Shown piece after piece: positions 41,119 through 54,617 of a stretch of DNA of 64,000 nucleotides. Positions within the stretch are counted from its first letter, which is position 1. Every line of letters begins with the position of its first letter. This DNA comes from Eledone cirrhosa (taxonomy: Eukaryota). Location of the stretch: NCBI GenBank assembly GCA_964016885.1, contig OZ024741.1:49228001-49292000 (forward strand), written 5' to 3'. The translations under genes were made by a program, and so were the position numbers. The notes under the pieces are model-generated. The model did not search any database. It was given only the letters and a program-made list of their open reading frames with translations, and was not told the DNA's origin.

Positions 41119-41126
<8 letters not shown>
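40272..41126 (-). mobile_element. Partial-tandem plus inverted non-coding element with a hammerhead motif
   Basis: 40272-40400 is repeated at 40809-40937 (period ~537), and 40938-41126 is the inverse of ~40721-40911. The HHR at 40439-40520(-) has 7-bp stems I and III. Confidence 0.8.
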
Positions 41127-41152
<26 letters not shown>

Positions 41153-41156
<4 letters not shown>

Positions 41157-41360
41157 AAAAGTATGACCCCGACGGCAGAGCTCAAGCCGTTTCGACGGCT
41201 ATTTCTGGACTGAAATAGTAGTCCAGAAATTGCCATCGAAACGGCTTGAGCTCTGCCGTCGGGGTCTTACTTTTTCCTATTTCCCACTCTACTACCCTAA
41301 GTATTGAGTAATATGGGGCGTTATGGTCCATCTGGTTCCTTACCACAATTCCTTTGTTAT
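41153..41360. mobile_element. Fold-back fragment of a hammerhead element family (family C)
   Basis: 41165-41211 and 41220-41266 are inverted copies containing GAAA-CGGC...GCCG-TC-GGGGTC. Relatives occur at 31278-31415, 40077-40184, 47115-47465 and 59548-59610. Confidence 0.75.
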
Positions 41361-41513
41361 ATATATATATATATATATATTCGTTTGTTTGAATTCATAT
41401 GACTCCAGTTCCCCAGTGAATTAACAACCCAACAAGGAACTGGGCATATCAGAGTATTGACAATATCATACACCTAAACAACATATGTACTTGTCTATAC
41501 CATACTAATTCAA

Positions 41514-41568
41514 ACTGCCTGAAGAGGTCACAGCCAAAGATGGCTGTCACTGAAATATATATAGCAGT
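41514..41568 (+). ncRNA. Type I hammerhead motif, intact core
   Basis: ACTGC-CTGAAGA-GGTCACAGCCA(AAGA)TGGCTGTCACT-GAAA-TATATA-T-A-GCAGT, inside a ~340-bp insert between (TA)n tracts. Confidence 0.82.
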
Positions 41569-41714
41569 AATAAACGAAGCTAAATTTTAATCATTTGACT
41601 TTTATTTAACTTTATTTTACACTACTCCGGAGTAACCAAACCAACCTGCGCACTTCGTCGAGTGCTCCAGCCTGCATACTGAGGTGTTGGTATACAACCA
41701 ACATAAACTCAAAA

Positions 41715-41761
<47 letters not shown>

Positions 41762-42466
41762 CCTCATGTGCGTTTTCATAATCACGCATGATGGCGAACT
41801 AGCCAGTTTTAGAATTCCCTTTTCGGCTTATAATACTGTGATAGCCCTGGTTATCTGTTGAGCTCTGCTGACGATTGAAATCCAACCGTGACCATCTCCA
41901 CTGAAAGTTTTCATGAAATAGTCTTTTTAAGACTATACAGAGCATTTGATGTTATTCCAAATTGAAGGATAAGTGTTTTAAACTTTATTTTATCATGAGT
42001 TAAAGGTCGATTGATTTTTCCCTGGATTTCACTAAATTCTGTGGATGAATTTGTATCCTGATTCTCTTTTGAGATGAGTTTGAATTATTTTTCCTAAATC
42101 TTACGTTAACTACTTTTCCCATCTTGACGACATAGTCGCATATATGTTATAGAATACTATTAGCTTCTCGCTAAAACAATTTCTATACCTTTCATTTATA
42201 TATATATACACACATATATATATGGTAAATTTGTGTGTGTGTGGCTCTACAATCAGTAAATGATAACTCAAGAGTTATGATAATGTTATGGCGGTTCTTG
42301 GATGTTTTTCTCAAGGAGATTTTCTTTTCCGACAATTTATATATGGATTTTAATGTCTCTGAGGATACAAAATGGATGTAAAGTTATGTGTTAAAGTGGT
42401 TTTTTTATTTGTACACTCAGGTCTTACTATACCGGTTTACTCCTATATACTATATCGTAGATTAAG

Positions 42467-42662
42467 GAAATTCTTCTATTTAACATATTCTTTCCATTTC
42501 ATTTGGAGAAAAATGTCTTCAATTCCATCATAATTCTTGTATTTATTTTTATGCCATATATGTATGTGTATTTTATAAATAAATACAAGAATTATGATGG
42601 AATTGAAGACATTTTTCACCAAATGAAATGGAAAGAATATGTCAAATAAATAGAAGAATTTC
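42467..42662. repeat. ~86-bp imperfect inverted repeat adjoining (TA)n
   Basis: Arms are 42467-42552 and 42575-42662. Confidence 0.85.
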
Positions 42663-42666
42663 ATTA

Positions 42667-42795
<129 letters not shown>

Positions 42796-42860
42796 CGTGT
42801 GTGTGAGTGTGAGTGTGTGTATGTGTGTATGTGTGTGTGTGTAAGTAAATATATATATGT

Positions 42861-42928
<68 letters not shown>

Positions 42929-43253
42929 GAATCATCAGTTCTAATCCTGAAGAATTTCTATATTAATACTTCATATGTAGTAGATGCTCAGAGAAAATTG
43001 ATAGTAGAAGTGTCAGTGATAAGCACATTTTTCAAACGCAGGTAGGATCTATAGAGGTGGTTGATAGCTTCCTATATCTAAGTGATCAGATTAACAAGAG
43101 AGGAGGATACTCCGATGCCATAGCATCTAGAATAAGGACAGGATGGAAGAATAAGGATGTGCTGAAGAGGACTGGTCCCACCCTTGCAAGCAGGGAAAAG
43201 CGGACGTAAAATGATGATGATGGTGATGATGATGATGATGATGATGATGATGT

Positions 43254-43297
<44 letters not shown>

Positions 43298-43664
43298 GTG
43301 ATATATATATATTTGAAAATGAACGAGCAAAATACCGGAGGCAATTGTACACAGTTATATTAGGTTCACGTTTGGTGGAAGTGGAGGAGGTTTCAACGTT
43401 TCGGACAGAAGTCCTTCATCGGAAAAGTTCGGATACGCGGAAATCAGAAACTCCGAGGAGAAGTAAGTGGTGGTTATATATATATATATTCATTTATTAA
43501 AACAAAATATTGAGTCTTGTTACTCTGGAGTTTCGCCTGTTTATCATAGGTACATCAGGTGAAACTCCAGAGTAACAAAACTCACTAGTTAACCATAATA
43601 ACTCTCTACTTCGGTATTGAGTACTCTTTTCTCTCATCCGTCAATCACATACGTATATATATAT

Positions 43665-43704
<40 letters not shown>

Positions 43705-43722
43705 GTTTTTACACACTAGTTC

Positions 43723-44628
43723 TTCATTCTATTCCATTTATCGTTTTAGGTGTGCCCGACCGACTGAACTCACTCGATATGCAAATTAGGCTGCTCAGCC
43801 GTTAATATGCATAAGGAAAGTATATACTTTCAGACGTTCAACCATCTGGCAGGAAGGTATACGATGCTGACTATAGCTAATAAGCTTGAAACTAGTACAT
43901 CGTTCCTGTGACAGTGTTGAACAAAAGGTGACGTGGTTGCCTAAACACTGTACGGCGTAATTCGGGCTGTTTGTTTGTTTACAAACAAACAAACCGAGCA
44001 TTATAATAAATGTTCGTGAACCTATACGTGCATATATATATGTGTGCATGTATGTATATATATATACATACTACCGTACGTCTGTATACATATATGTATG
44101 TACGTATACATACATACATACTTACATTTAAGTAAGTGCTGTACTAAGAGTGAGAAATGAAATTTCTTTTCATTCTATTCCATTTATCGTTTTCGGTGTG
44201 CCCGGCCGACTGAACTCACTCGATATGCAAATTAGGCTGCTCAGCCGATAATATGTATAAGGAAAGTATATACTTTCAGACGTTCAACCATCTGGCAGGA
44301 AGGTATACGATGCTGACGATAGCAAATAAGCTTAAAACTAGTACATCGTTCCTGTGACAGTGTTGAACGAAAAGGTGACGTGGTTGCCTAAACACTGTAC
44401 GGCGTAATTCGGGCTGTTTGTTTGTTTACAAACAAACAAACCGAGCATTATAATAATGTTCGGTAAACCTATACGTGCATATATATATGTGTGCATGTAT
44501 GTCTATATATATACATACTACTGTACGTCTGTATACATATATGTATGTACGTATACATACATACATACTTACATTTAAGTAAGTGCCGTACTAAGAGTGA
44601 GAAATGAAATTTCGTTTCATTCTATTCC

Positions 44629-44633
<5 letters not shown>
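43723..44633 (+). mobile_element. Tandem dimer of a ~446-bp hammerhead-containing unit (retrozyme-like)
   Basis: Units start at 43723 and 44169, with a stub at 44616. HHR motifs lie at 43861-43903 and 44307-44349. (TA)n flanks both sides. Confidence 0.85.
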
Positions 44634-44715
<82 letters not shown>

Positions 44716-45076
44716 TATATTGTAAATAAACACTGGAGTGTTGAACGAGTTGAAATGTTTAGAAATGTAGAAAACCACGAACGCAGGAAAATAGCTGTGA
44801 GCACAGCTTCAGAAAATCTGGAAAATACCGCTACAGAAGAAGATCGAACTCTGTACCTCTCGAATTCCGACTGAGCTCTCTGTACCATTGATCTAAACTT
44901 TTGACAGTTATTGTCTTAAATAAAGCAAGCGGGTACCAATCGGTATCTTTGAAACGGCATGAGCTCAGCCGACGGGCATTAACTATTTACAATACATACA
45001 CTCTTCTTTGTCAAGTATAGAGTTTTTAGCTGAACATGGTCTTAGTAGTCGAAACTGGTGGCTCACAGTCTCTCGA

Positions 45077-45143
<67 letters not shown>

Positions 45144-45249
45144 TTTTAAATTGCATTGGTGATAACATTTTACACGTTTTTATTGTATGTAAACTTCCCC
45201 CTTTGTATTTGTCCCCTTCTTTTGTGCCCCTGTGACTAATAAAGAAACA

Positions 45250-45297
<48 letters not shown>

Positions 45298-45314
45298 ACA
45301 CACACACACTCACA

Positions 45315-45361
<47 letters not shown>

Positions 45362-45409
45362 GTGTGTGTGTGTGTGTCTGTGTGTGTGTAGATTTATTTA
45401 TTATATATA

Positions 45410-45795
45410 GGGGTTGTGCTCCACCAGGACAATGCTTGACCACATTGTCTTTGGCTACCCACACAATGTTGCATGAACTTGGGTGAGATGCCTTGTCTCA
45501 TCCGCCATACTCCCCTGACATTGCGCCATCTAACACTCATTTGTTTTTGTCTCTGTAGAACTCTCTAAAAGGGAAACATTTAATGATTTAGATGGTGTTA
45601 AAACCCACTTAGAATACTTCTCCTCAAAAGCAACAGAGTTTTATGCCGATGGAATGTTTAAATTGCCTGGTAGGTGGACTAAAGTCATAGAAAACAATGG
45701 CAATTACTTTAATGAATAAAGATGAGAGTATGTTTAAAATGTCTTATCTTTTAATGTGCTTAAAAAAACGTTAAGAACTTCCGGACAACCTAATA
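45410..45795 (+). mobile_element. Mariner transposase C-terminal fragment and right TIR
   Basis: Reads HQDNA, HPPYSPDIAPS..HLF and FYADGMFKLPGRWTKVIENNGNYFNE*, and ends GAACTTCCGGACAACCTAA|TA. Confidence 0.88.
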
Positions 45796-45834
45796 TATAT
45801 ACATATATATACATATATATATATACATATTTAT

Positions 45835-45909
<75 letters not shown>

Positions 45910-45925
45910 CACACACACGCGCGGG

Positions 45926-45964
<39 letters not shown>

Positions 45965-46036
45965 GAGAAAGGGGGATGAAGGAGAAAAATGAAGTACACA
46001 GACTCTTACAAAAGCGCACGAGAGATAAATATATTG

Positions 46037-46133
<97 letters not shown>

Positions 46134-46844
46134 AGTTTGAAGGATACAGAGTGCGATAAAAAGAAATCTGGCAAGCGGATAGCAAAAACTAAATATAATT
46201 TATAGACAGGAAACCTCGCGAACCCCAAAAAAGAACCAACAACCAACAAAAATTGACCATGTGGCGAAGAAGGGTAGGCATAAGTAAGCATAGCACAATA
46301 CGATACATAATGTTGTGTGACGTCAGTGAGGTGAATGTTCGAGTTTATGAAACGTTTCTTTACTATCAGACCCACCAAGTTGGTGAGCCTCAGGTGATAT
46401 ATAAATTATTGTGACGATGGCTAAACTATCTCAGTTTGGCATCGTGGGAGTTCTCAGATATTTTATAATATCACTAAATATGAAAGCAGCGTGTAGATGA
46501 TAATAATTTCTTGCACTAGTGGTGGCAGGCGAGATCTGGGGTAAGGAAACAAAAAAAACAAAAAAACAAAGCAGGAGTAACTAACTGAACTATTTCAATA
46601 CTGGAACGAATAGAAGCTGAATGTAACTAAGAAACGTCACAAAAAAAGTGAAAAAAAAAAAAAAATAGAACAGAAAGAAAGATAAATCCCAAACCTCCCA
46701 CCCCACCCGAGGCATATAAAATCTTGGAAGTGACTTATTTTCAAATAGATAAATGTTAGACTGTTGGAGTTTTGATGGAAGACTTATATAGATTGATATA
46801 TAAAAGATAGATTAAAAGAGAGGAATAGTGAGGGAAAAGGTTAG

Positions 46845-46935
<91 letters not shown>

Positions 46936-47071
46936 GCATCCTTCCATAGATAAATGGAACGAAAGGGTCTTTAGAAAAAGACAAAGTGACGAAATGTGCG
47001 CTAGAAAGACACTTATAAAGAAACAAAGATACAAAACCGAATCAATATGGCGAGTATGACGTATACATGAA

Positions 47072-47114
<43 letters not shown>

Positions 47115-47355
47115 AAGAAGGTGTGGTACGATACCTGGTGGACCATCACGCATCAGAGTACTCGATACCTTTTGTTCTTCAGGCCAGTTCAGCCCCCCCC
47201 CCCCCCGCCGCTATGAAGGAATTTAACCATGTATATGATATCCCAGATCATCGACCACTCCCCGTGACAGACAAGAAAAACAACTAATTTTTTGGATTAT
47301 TTGCTTTGCTTTTTTTGCTTTTTTGGTTTTTACTGCATACCCATATATGGACTGT

Positions 47356-47451
47356 ACCCCTTGATAATTTCAGCTAGATTCTCACTGTTCTAATACTGCT
47401 AGCTTAGTTCGGATCTAGCTGTCGAAACGGCCGGAGCTCAGCCGTCGAGGT
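47356..47451 (+). ncRNA. U3-A8 hammerhead motif (family C)
   Basis: ACCCC-TTGATAA-TTT-CAGCTAGATT...GATCTAGCTG-TC-GAAA-CGGC(CGGAGCTCA)GCCG-T-C-GAGGT. Other family copies have GGGGT as the 3' arm. Confidence 0.7.
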
Positions 47452-47460
47452 CCTGACTCT

Positions 47461-47510
<50 letters not shown>

Positions 47511-47518
<8 letters not shown>

Positions 47519-47765
47519 ATACTTTGGGAGGGTCATGTTGCCAATAAGAAACACACGCACCAGTTGATTTCACTTCAATTTATTATAATAAATTTATAAA
47601 TTTAGGAATTTATAAATTTCCGGTTGGTTGGTTGGTTCCACAACCAGATGGTTGTTTATATATTGTCAAAGTTCTTTTGTCACACATTCTGTGACCTCTT
47701 CAGTGACTGGGGATTCTTTTCTTTGTTTTTGTGCCTCTCCTTTGTGGTGTCCTACGCCATTTTTC
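47511..47765 (-). mobile_element. Single-arm copy of the 60676-61168 hammerhead element
   Basis: Nearly identical to 60676-60924. The HHR at 47664-47707(-) has G12 mutated to A. (TA)n flanks both sides. Confidence 0.8.
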
Positions 47766-47788
47766 ATTATATATATATATATATATTA

Positions 47789-47914
<126 letters not shown>

Positions 47915-47933
47915 TATATAATATATATATATA

Positions 47934-48638
47934 TATGGAGAATAGAAATGGCTGTGTAGTTGCTATTTAAGGTGACTTAAAATGCAGTGGGAATACGAAG
48001 AAAGCAAGAACAGGGGGGGGGGGGGTTCCTCATCAGTTGTCTACTGGGGGTCTAGGATATTTCTACGCTTTAAAGACAAGATACCACTTCACCCTAGGGC
48101 GTCAATAACTGGATAAGTTATTGGGAAAACGAAGGAAGGAGGGAAGGAAAGCAAAGAGGAAGAAAAGAAAAACAGTAACAAAACAGCGAAAAAACCCCAC
48201 AAACCGAGCAATGTGCGAGCAACTATAGGTAGGAAATCCAAGACCACTCGGTAATAGAACTTAAGTTCGAGACCGAGTAATCGAGAGAAAAGACACACGT
48301 CCGATCGCCGCAGTTGTAAGTGAGAAGAGAACTGCTAAACGCTCAGACGAGGGGGTGAAAGGGAGAGGAAAAAAGTGGGGTATGAGTAGATAGGGAGAAA
48401 GGGAGGAGAAGAAAGAGGGTGACAGTAGAAAGTGGCGAAGTAGGTAGAATGGGAGAGAAGAATGGTCACAGCGAAAAACATGATGAAATATATGGAGAAT
48501 AAAAATGACTGTGTAGTTGGTATTTAAGGTGACTTAAAATGCAGTGGGAACACGAAGAAAGCAAGAACAGGGGTGGGGGTGGGGGGTGGGGTCCTCATCA
48601 GTTGTCTACTGGGGGTCAGGGATATTTCTACGCTTTAA
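47934..48638. mobile_element. Non-coding element with ~140-bp terminal direct repeats in (TA)n
   Basis: 47934-48073 is repeated at 48491-48638 (period ~557). Each repeat has CTGATGA on the minus strand, but the GAAA half is not clear. Confidence 0.7.
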
Positions 48639-48654
48639 TATATATATATATATG

Positions 48655-49197
48655 TTATGTCAGGTTACTCTTCAGTGCTACTGGTAACAAGTAACCCAGT
48701 ACAACCGGTGCATGGTCGGATCGTCAGCGACTAAACCAGCAACCCCACCAAGCTTGTTCGGCGAGGAGAGTCATTTTGGACAACCTGCAGGATGAAAAAC
48801 AAGACCTGTCAAAGGGTGGAGGAACTCAGGAGAGTCAACGGCCATCCAATAAAGATTTGTTTTGTTGTTGAGCGGGAGACTCATAGTCTTCATTAAGACA
48901 TCTCTCTAGGAGAAGGTCACTCTAATATAAAACCTGCGACTTCGTTTGCATCCAATGATGTAGACCAGTTTTTCTTTTGGGGCAAATGCATTCGTTGTTC
49001 AGAGAGTGGGATTGGCCCCGTGCAAAGCCTTTCCTCACTTATAAAAGCTTCAAGCACGGGCATCGCTTGATATGTGACTTGTTTTGCGCTGCATGGTATT
49101 GCTGGCCATAGGCAAGTCCCTAGCAGGACTAAAATGCTACGTCCGTGATGCTCGTGCTTCAGTATCAAGCGATGGCATTATTCGAAATCAAGTTGCA

Positions 49198-49205
<8 letters not shown>
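48655..49205 (+). mobile_element. Probable RTE-type LINE 5' region fragment
   Basis: The block CTAGGAGAAGGTCACTCTAATATAAAACC resembles RTE 5' UTRs from recall. It is a GC-richer island between TA tracts, with no coding confirmation. Confidence 0.35.
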
Positions 49206-49285
<80 letters not shown>

Positions 49286-49429
49286 ATATTAAATGGAAAC
49301 TATATTTATAAAACCATATTTATTTTATTATATATATTTCAAGGGCAACCAAGACAACATTGGTACGCTTTCATCAGATAAAATACAAATATGTTTGTCG
49401 GACTTCCAACAAATTAAATACAACTTCTA

Positions 49430-49498
<69 letters not shown>

Positions 49499-49897
49499 AT
49501 TATTAGTACAGATTAAAGTTTAAGCAAAGAATCGATGCTTTCACCCTTTTACGGGATATTCTGAAACTGAGTAAATATTTCAAAAATCATTACAACCGAA
49601 GGAAAACATGAAGACGATACTTTGGTTCGTGAAGACGTTCTCTGGCGATGGACGAAAAATATTCGAGGATAATTACGTCATTATGTAGAGTGAGAAGAAC
49701 AATTTCTTGCAAAGAAAAAAACATTTATGCTATGAAAAGATCAGGGTGCAGTATCAACACAGCACAACACTTGGTACCTGTTGTTTCACACCTGGTCAGC
49801 ACTGACTAAGCGGACCCATAATTAAAGTTATTCATAGCTTGATCATCCAGTCATTGTTTAAACTGTGTTAAGTATCCAACATTACATTACCTTAGGC

Positions 49898-50220
49898 CAG
49901 CGTTCCTCAACCGGTGTTCCCCAAGCCCTAGGGTTCCGCAAGATATCGCTAAGGGTTCCGCGAGAAACAGTAACAAATAAGGAAATGTGCGGTTTAATAA
50001 AGAAGTACAATTTTTTTTTGTATTGCCAATAAAGGGGTCATTTTTTCCCCCTTAAACCAGTTATCCGAAAAAAATATATTATATTTACCAAGTGAACTAT
50101 GATAAAAATATAAAATAGATAGATATTAATAATGGTATATATAATTTGTATACAAGGGTTTCCTGAGACATAAAAACTATACCAAGGGTTCCACTTGGGT
50201 AAAAAGGTTGAGAAACGCTG
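49898..50220. mobile_element. hAT (Charlie-like) MITE
   Basis: TIRs are CAGCGTTCCTCAACC and GGTTGAGAAACGCTG. The 8-bp flanks CCTTAGGC and CCTTAGAT match at 6 of 8 positions. Confidence 0.8.
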
Positions 50221-50605
50221 CCTTAGATACTTACCTTCTTTTCTCTTTTTATGACGGTAGGGCAGACCAGGCAACCTCTAAAAACCCCAAACGGGGAGAA
50301 ATGAGGCAAAATGGGGAGATTTTAGCTATACCCATTTTCACAAGAGAAGACATCCTTTAGTCACCCCAAAGTGGGTGGGAGATCTCCCCGTCGGACGGGA
50401 AGAGTTGACATGTCTGGTAGGGTATGATTTGAGGAAGATTTAACAGCTATTTTTAGCAAGTCGAGAGACGATGTAGCTTTTATTATGTAAAATCTTTAAG
50501 GTACTCCTTGTTTGGGGATTTAGAGGTTGGCTGGTCTGTAATTGTGACACTGCAGCTCTAACCATTCGACCAGTTGTGACTGCCGTATTGACTAGAAAGT
50601 ACGTG

Positions 50606-50665
<60 letters not shown>

Positions 50666-50895
50666 GACACATACACATGCATATACACAGACATATACAC
50701 GCATACACATACACTCACACACAAACACATACATACACAAACACATACATACACAAACACATACATACACATACACCCACACAAACACACACACATACCC
50801 ACGCAATATAGACACATACACACGCGCATACACACACACACACACACACACACTCACACACATATATATACACACACACAGACACATACCCTCAC

Positions 50896-50933
<38 letters not shown>

Positions 50934-51889
50934 GCAAAAACATACACACACATATATACAAACACACATACATACTCACACACACACATAAACACACACT
51001 CTCTCTCACACACACATATACACACTGTCTTTTCCAACATCACATCTGTCATTATCTTCTAGAACCATCCCTCCTTCCACAGCCCTCTCTCACTGTCCTA
51101 TCATAACTATTATGTGTTTATGTATGTTTGATCTTTCCCATAAACCTAATTTTTTTTATTCTTCTGTCTTTCTAGCTGCATATTACTTGGTTTCGATGGC
51201 TCGGCCTGACACAGTTAATTCTAAAGCGTCCACCCCAACCACCTCACTTCTTCACCACTTTCTGCACTCCAGATCTCCTATCTTCTCTACAGAAATCATC
51301 ACTACTATCTATCTCCACTAGTAACAGGCTGCCAACACCACCCAGACCCACAAACCCCTCCCCAAACCCCCGCCAGTTCCCTTCCCCCCGCTACACCTCC
51401 GCCAACCTCGTCATCTATATGCTCATCTTCACTACAACCACTATCACCAACACTAACACTAACACCACCCAGATTCACCAACACTCACCAACGCCTGTCA
51501 CCCCCCCCCCCCCGCTAAACCCCGCCAACCTCCGCCAATCTCCACCAATCTCCGCCAATCTCCGCCAACCCTCTGCGACCCCGCCCCAACCCCCTCCCGC
51601 TAAACCCCCCGCCAATCTCCGCCAACCCCGCCAACTTCCGCCGACCTCGCCATCTATATGCTCATCCTCACTACAACCACTATCACCAACGCCACTAGCA
51701 CCACCATTACCAATACCAACAACAGCAAAAGTACCCCCACCGCAGTACATATTCACACCATCTTCAACAACAACGCCGCCCTCATGTACACCCTCATCGA
51801 GAGTTACACCGCCACCACCACCATCGTTGTCGTCGCCGTCACCACTACTACAACAACAAAACAACAACCACTATCACCACCAGCATCGC

Positions 51890-51927
51890 CACGAGCACCG
51901 TCACCATCATCATCATTGCCATCGTCG

Positions 51928-51958
<31 letters not shown>

Positions 51959-52190
51959 CATAATCCTCGTCATCATCATCATCGTCGTCGTCGCCATCAT
52001 CATCGTCATCATCATCATCACCAATATCATTATATTCAAATTTACTGCCAAAAAATACCGCAGTAACAGAAACAGCGACAACAACAACAACAACAGCAGC
52101 AGCAGCAACAACAACAGCAACAGCGACAACAGCAGCAGTAGCAGCAGCAACAACAACAACAACAGCGACAACAACAACAACAGCAGCAGC

Positions 52191-52230
<40 letters not shown>

Positions 52231-52319
52231 GCAGCAACAACAACAGCAACAGCGACAACAGCAGCAGTAGCAGCAGCAACAACAACAACAACAGCGACAA
52301 CAACAACAACAGCAGCAGC

Positions 52320-52353
<34 letters not shown>

Positions 52354-52366
52354 GCAACAGCAGCAA

Positions 52367-52398
<32 letters not shown>

Positions 52399-52454
52399 AC
52401 AGCGACAACAACAACAACAACAGCGACAACAACAACAACAGCAGCAGCAGCAGC

Positions 52455-52500
<46 letters not shown>

Positions 52501-52507
52501 GCAACAA

Positions 52508-52542
<35 letters not shown>

Positions 52543-52604
52543 ACAACAGCAACAGCGACAACAACAACAACAGCGACAACAACAACAACAGCAGCAGCAG
52601 CAGC

Positions 52605-52635
<31 letters not shown>

Positions 52636-53079
52636 GCAACAGCAGCAACAACAGCAGCAGCAGCAACAACAACAACAACAGCAACAGCGACAACAACAAC
52701 AACAACAACGACAACAATAGCAACAACAACAACAGCAACAACAACAGCAACAACAGCAGCAACAACGACAACAGCAGCAGCGACACAGCAGCAGCAACAA
52801 CAACAGCAACAGCGACAACAACAACAACAGCAACAACAACAACAGCAACAACAACAGCAACAGCGACAACAGCAGCAGCAACAACAGCAACAGCGACAAC
52901 AGCAGCAGCAACAACAACAGCAACAGCGACATCAGCAGCAGCAACAGCGACAACAGCAACAGCGACAACAACAGCAACAGCGACAACAACAACAGCAACA
53001 ACAACAGCAACAGCAACAGCGACAACGACAACAGCAACAGCGACAACAGCAACAGCGACAACAACAACAGCAACAGCGA

Positions 53080-53111
<32 letters not shown>

Positions 53112-53562
53112 GCAACAACAGCAGCAACAGCGACAACAACAACAGCAACAGCGACAACAGCAGCAGCAGCAGCAGCAACAACAACAACAGCAGCAGCAAC
53201 AACAACAACAGCAACATCAACAACAACAGCAGCAGCAGCAACAACAACAGCAACAAAAACAACAGCAGCAGCAGCAACAACAACAACAGCAACAGCGACA
53301 ACAACAACAACAGCAACAACAACAACAGCAACAACAACAGCAACAGCGACAACAGCAGCAGCAACAACAGCAACAGCGACAACAGCAGCAGCAACAACAA
53401 CAGCAACAGCGACATCAGCAGCAGCAACAGCGACAACAGCAACAGCGACAACAACAGCAACAGCGACAACAACAACAGCAACAACAACAGCAACAGCAAC
53501 AGCGACAACGACAACAGCAACAGCGACAACAGCAACAGCGACAACAACAACAGCAACAGCGA

Positions 53563-53594
<32 letters not shown>

Positions 53595-53664
53595 GCAACA
53601 ACAGCAGCAACAGCGACAACAACAACAGCAACAGCGACAACAGCAGCAGCAGCAGCAGCAGCAA

Positions 53665-53696
<32 letters not shown>

Positions 53697-54299
53697 ACAT
53701 CAACAACAACAGCAGCAGCAGCAACAACAACAGCAACAACAACAACAGCAGCAGCAGCAGCAACAACAACAACAGCAACAGCGACAACAACAACAACAGC
53801 AGCATCAGCAGCAACAACAACAACAACAACAACAACAACATCAACAGCAGCAACAACAGCAGCAGCAGCAACAACAACAGCAACAACAACGACAACAATA
53901 GCAACAACAACAACTGCAACAACAACAACAACAACAACAACAGCAGCAACAACGACAACAGCAGCAGCGACACAGCAGCAGCAACAACAACAGCAACAGC
54001 GACAACAGCAACAACAACAGCAACAGCGACAACAGCAGCAACAACAACAGCAACAGCGACAACAGCAACAACAACAGCAACAGCGACAACAGCAGCAGCA
54101 ACAACAGCAACAGCGACAACAGCAGCAGCAACAACAACAGCAACAGCGACAACAGCAGCAGCAACAGCGACAACAGCAACAGCGACAACAACAGCAACAG
54201 CGACAACAACAACAGCAACAACAACAGCAACAGCACCAGCGACAACAGCAGCAACAACAACGACAACAGCAACAGCGACAACAACAACAGTAACAGCGA

Positions 54300-54331
<32 letters not shown>

Positions 54332-54530
54332 GCAACAACAGCAGCAACAGCGACAGCAGCAGCAGCAGCAGCAGCAACAACAACAACAACAACAACAGCA
54401 GCAACAACAACAGCAACAGCGACAGCAGCAGCAGCAACAACGACAACAACAACAACGATAACGACAACAGCAGCAGCAACAACAACAACAGCAACAGCGA
54501 CAACTACAACAACAATAACAACAATAATGA
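51890..54530. repeat. Giant compound trinucleotide repeat (CAT, then CAA/CAG/CGA)
   Basis: About 2.6 kb long. An internal duplication has a period of 483 bp (GACATCAGC at 52928 and 53411). Confidence 0.95.
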
Positions 54531-54617
54531 GATTTATCGCAGCAGTATCAACAAGAGCGGACACACAATAAAGGTTGGGTGGGGGTAGTGTTGTTTCGTG
54601 TTGAATCTTCACCTACA

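Noticed and set aside
51848-54612. 856-aa and 312-aa ORFs, and a possible polyglutamine exon on the plus strand
   Set aside because: This is pure trinucleotide repeat with phase slips near 52785 and 53970 and no unique coding flank.
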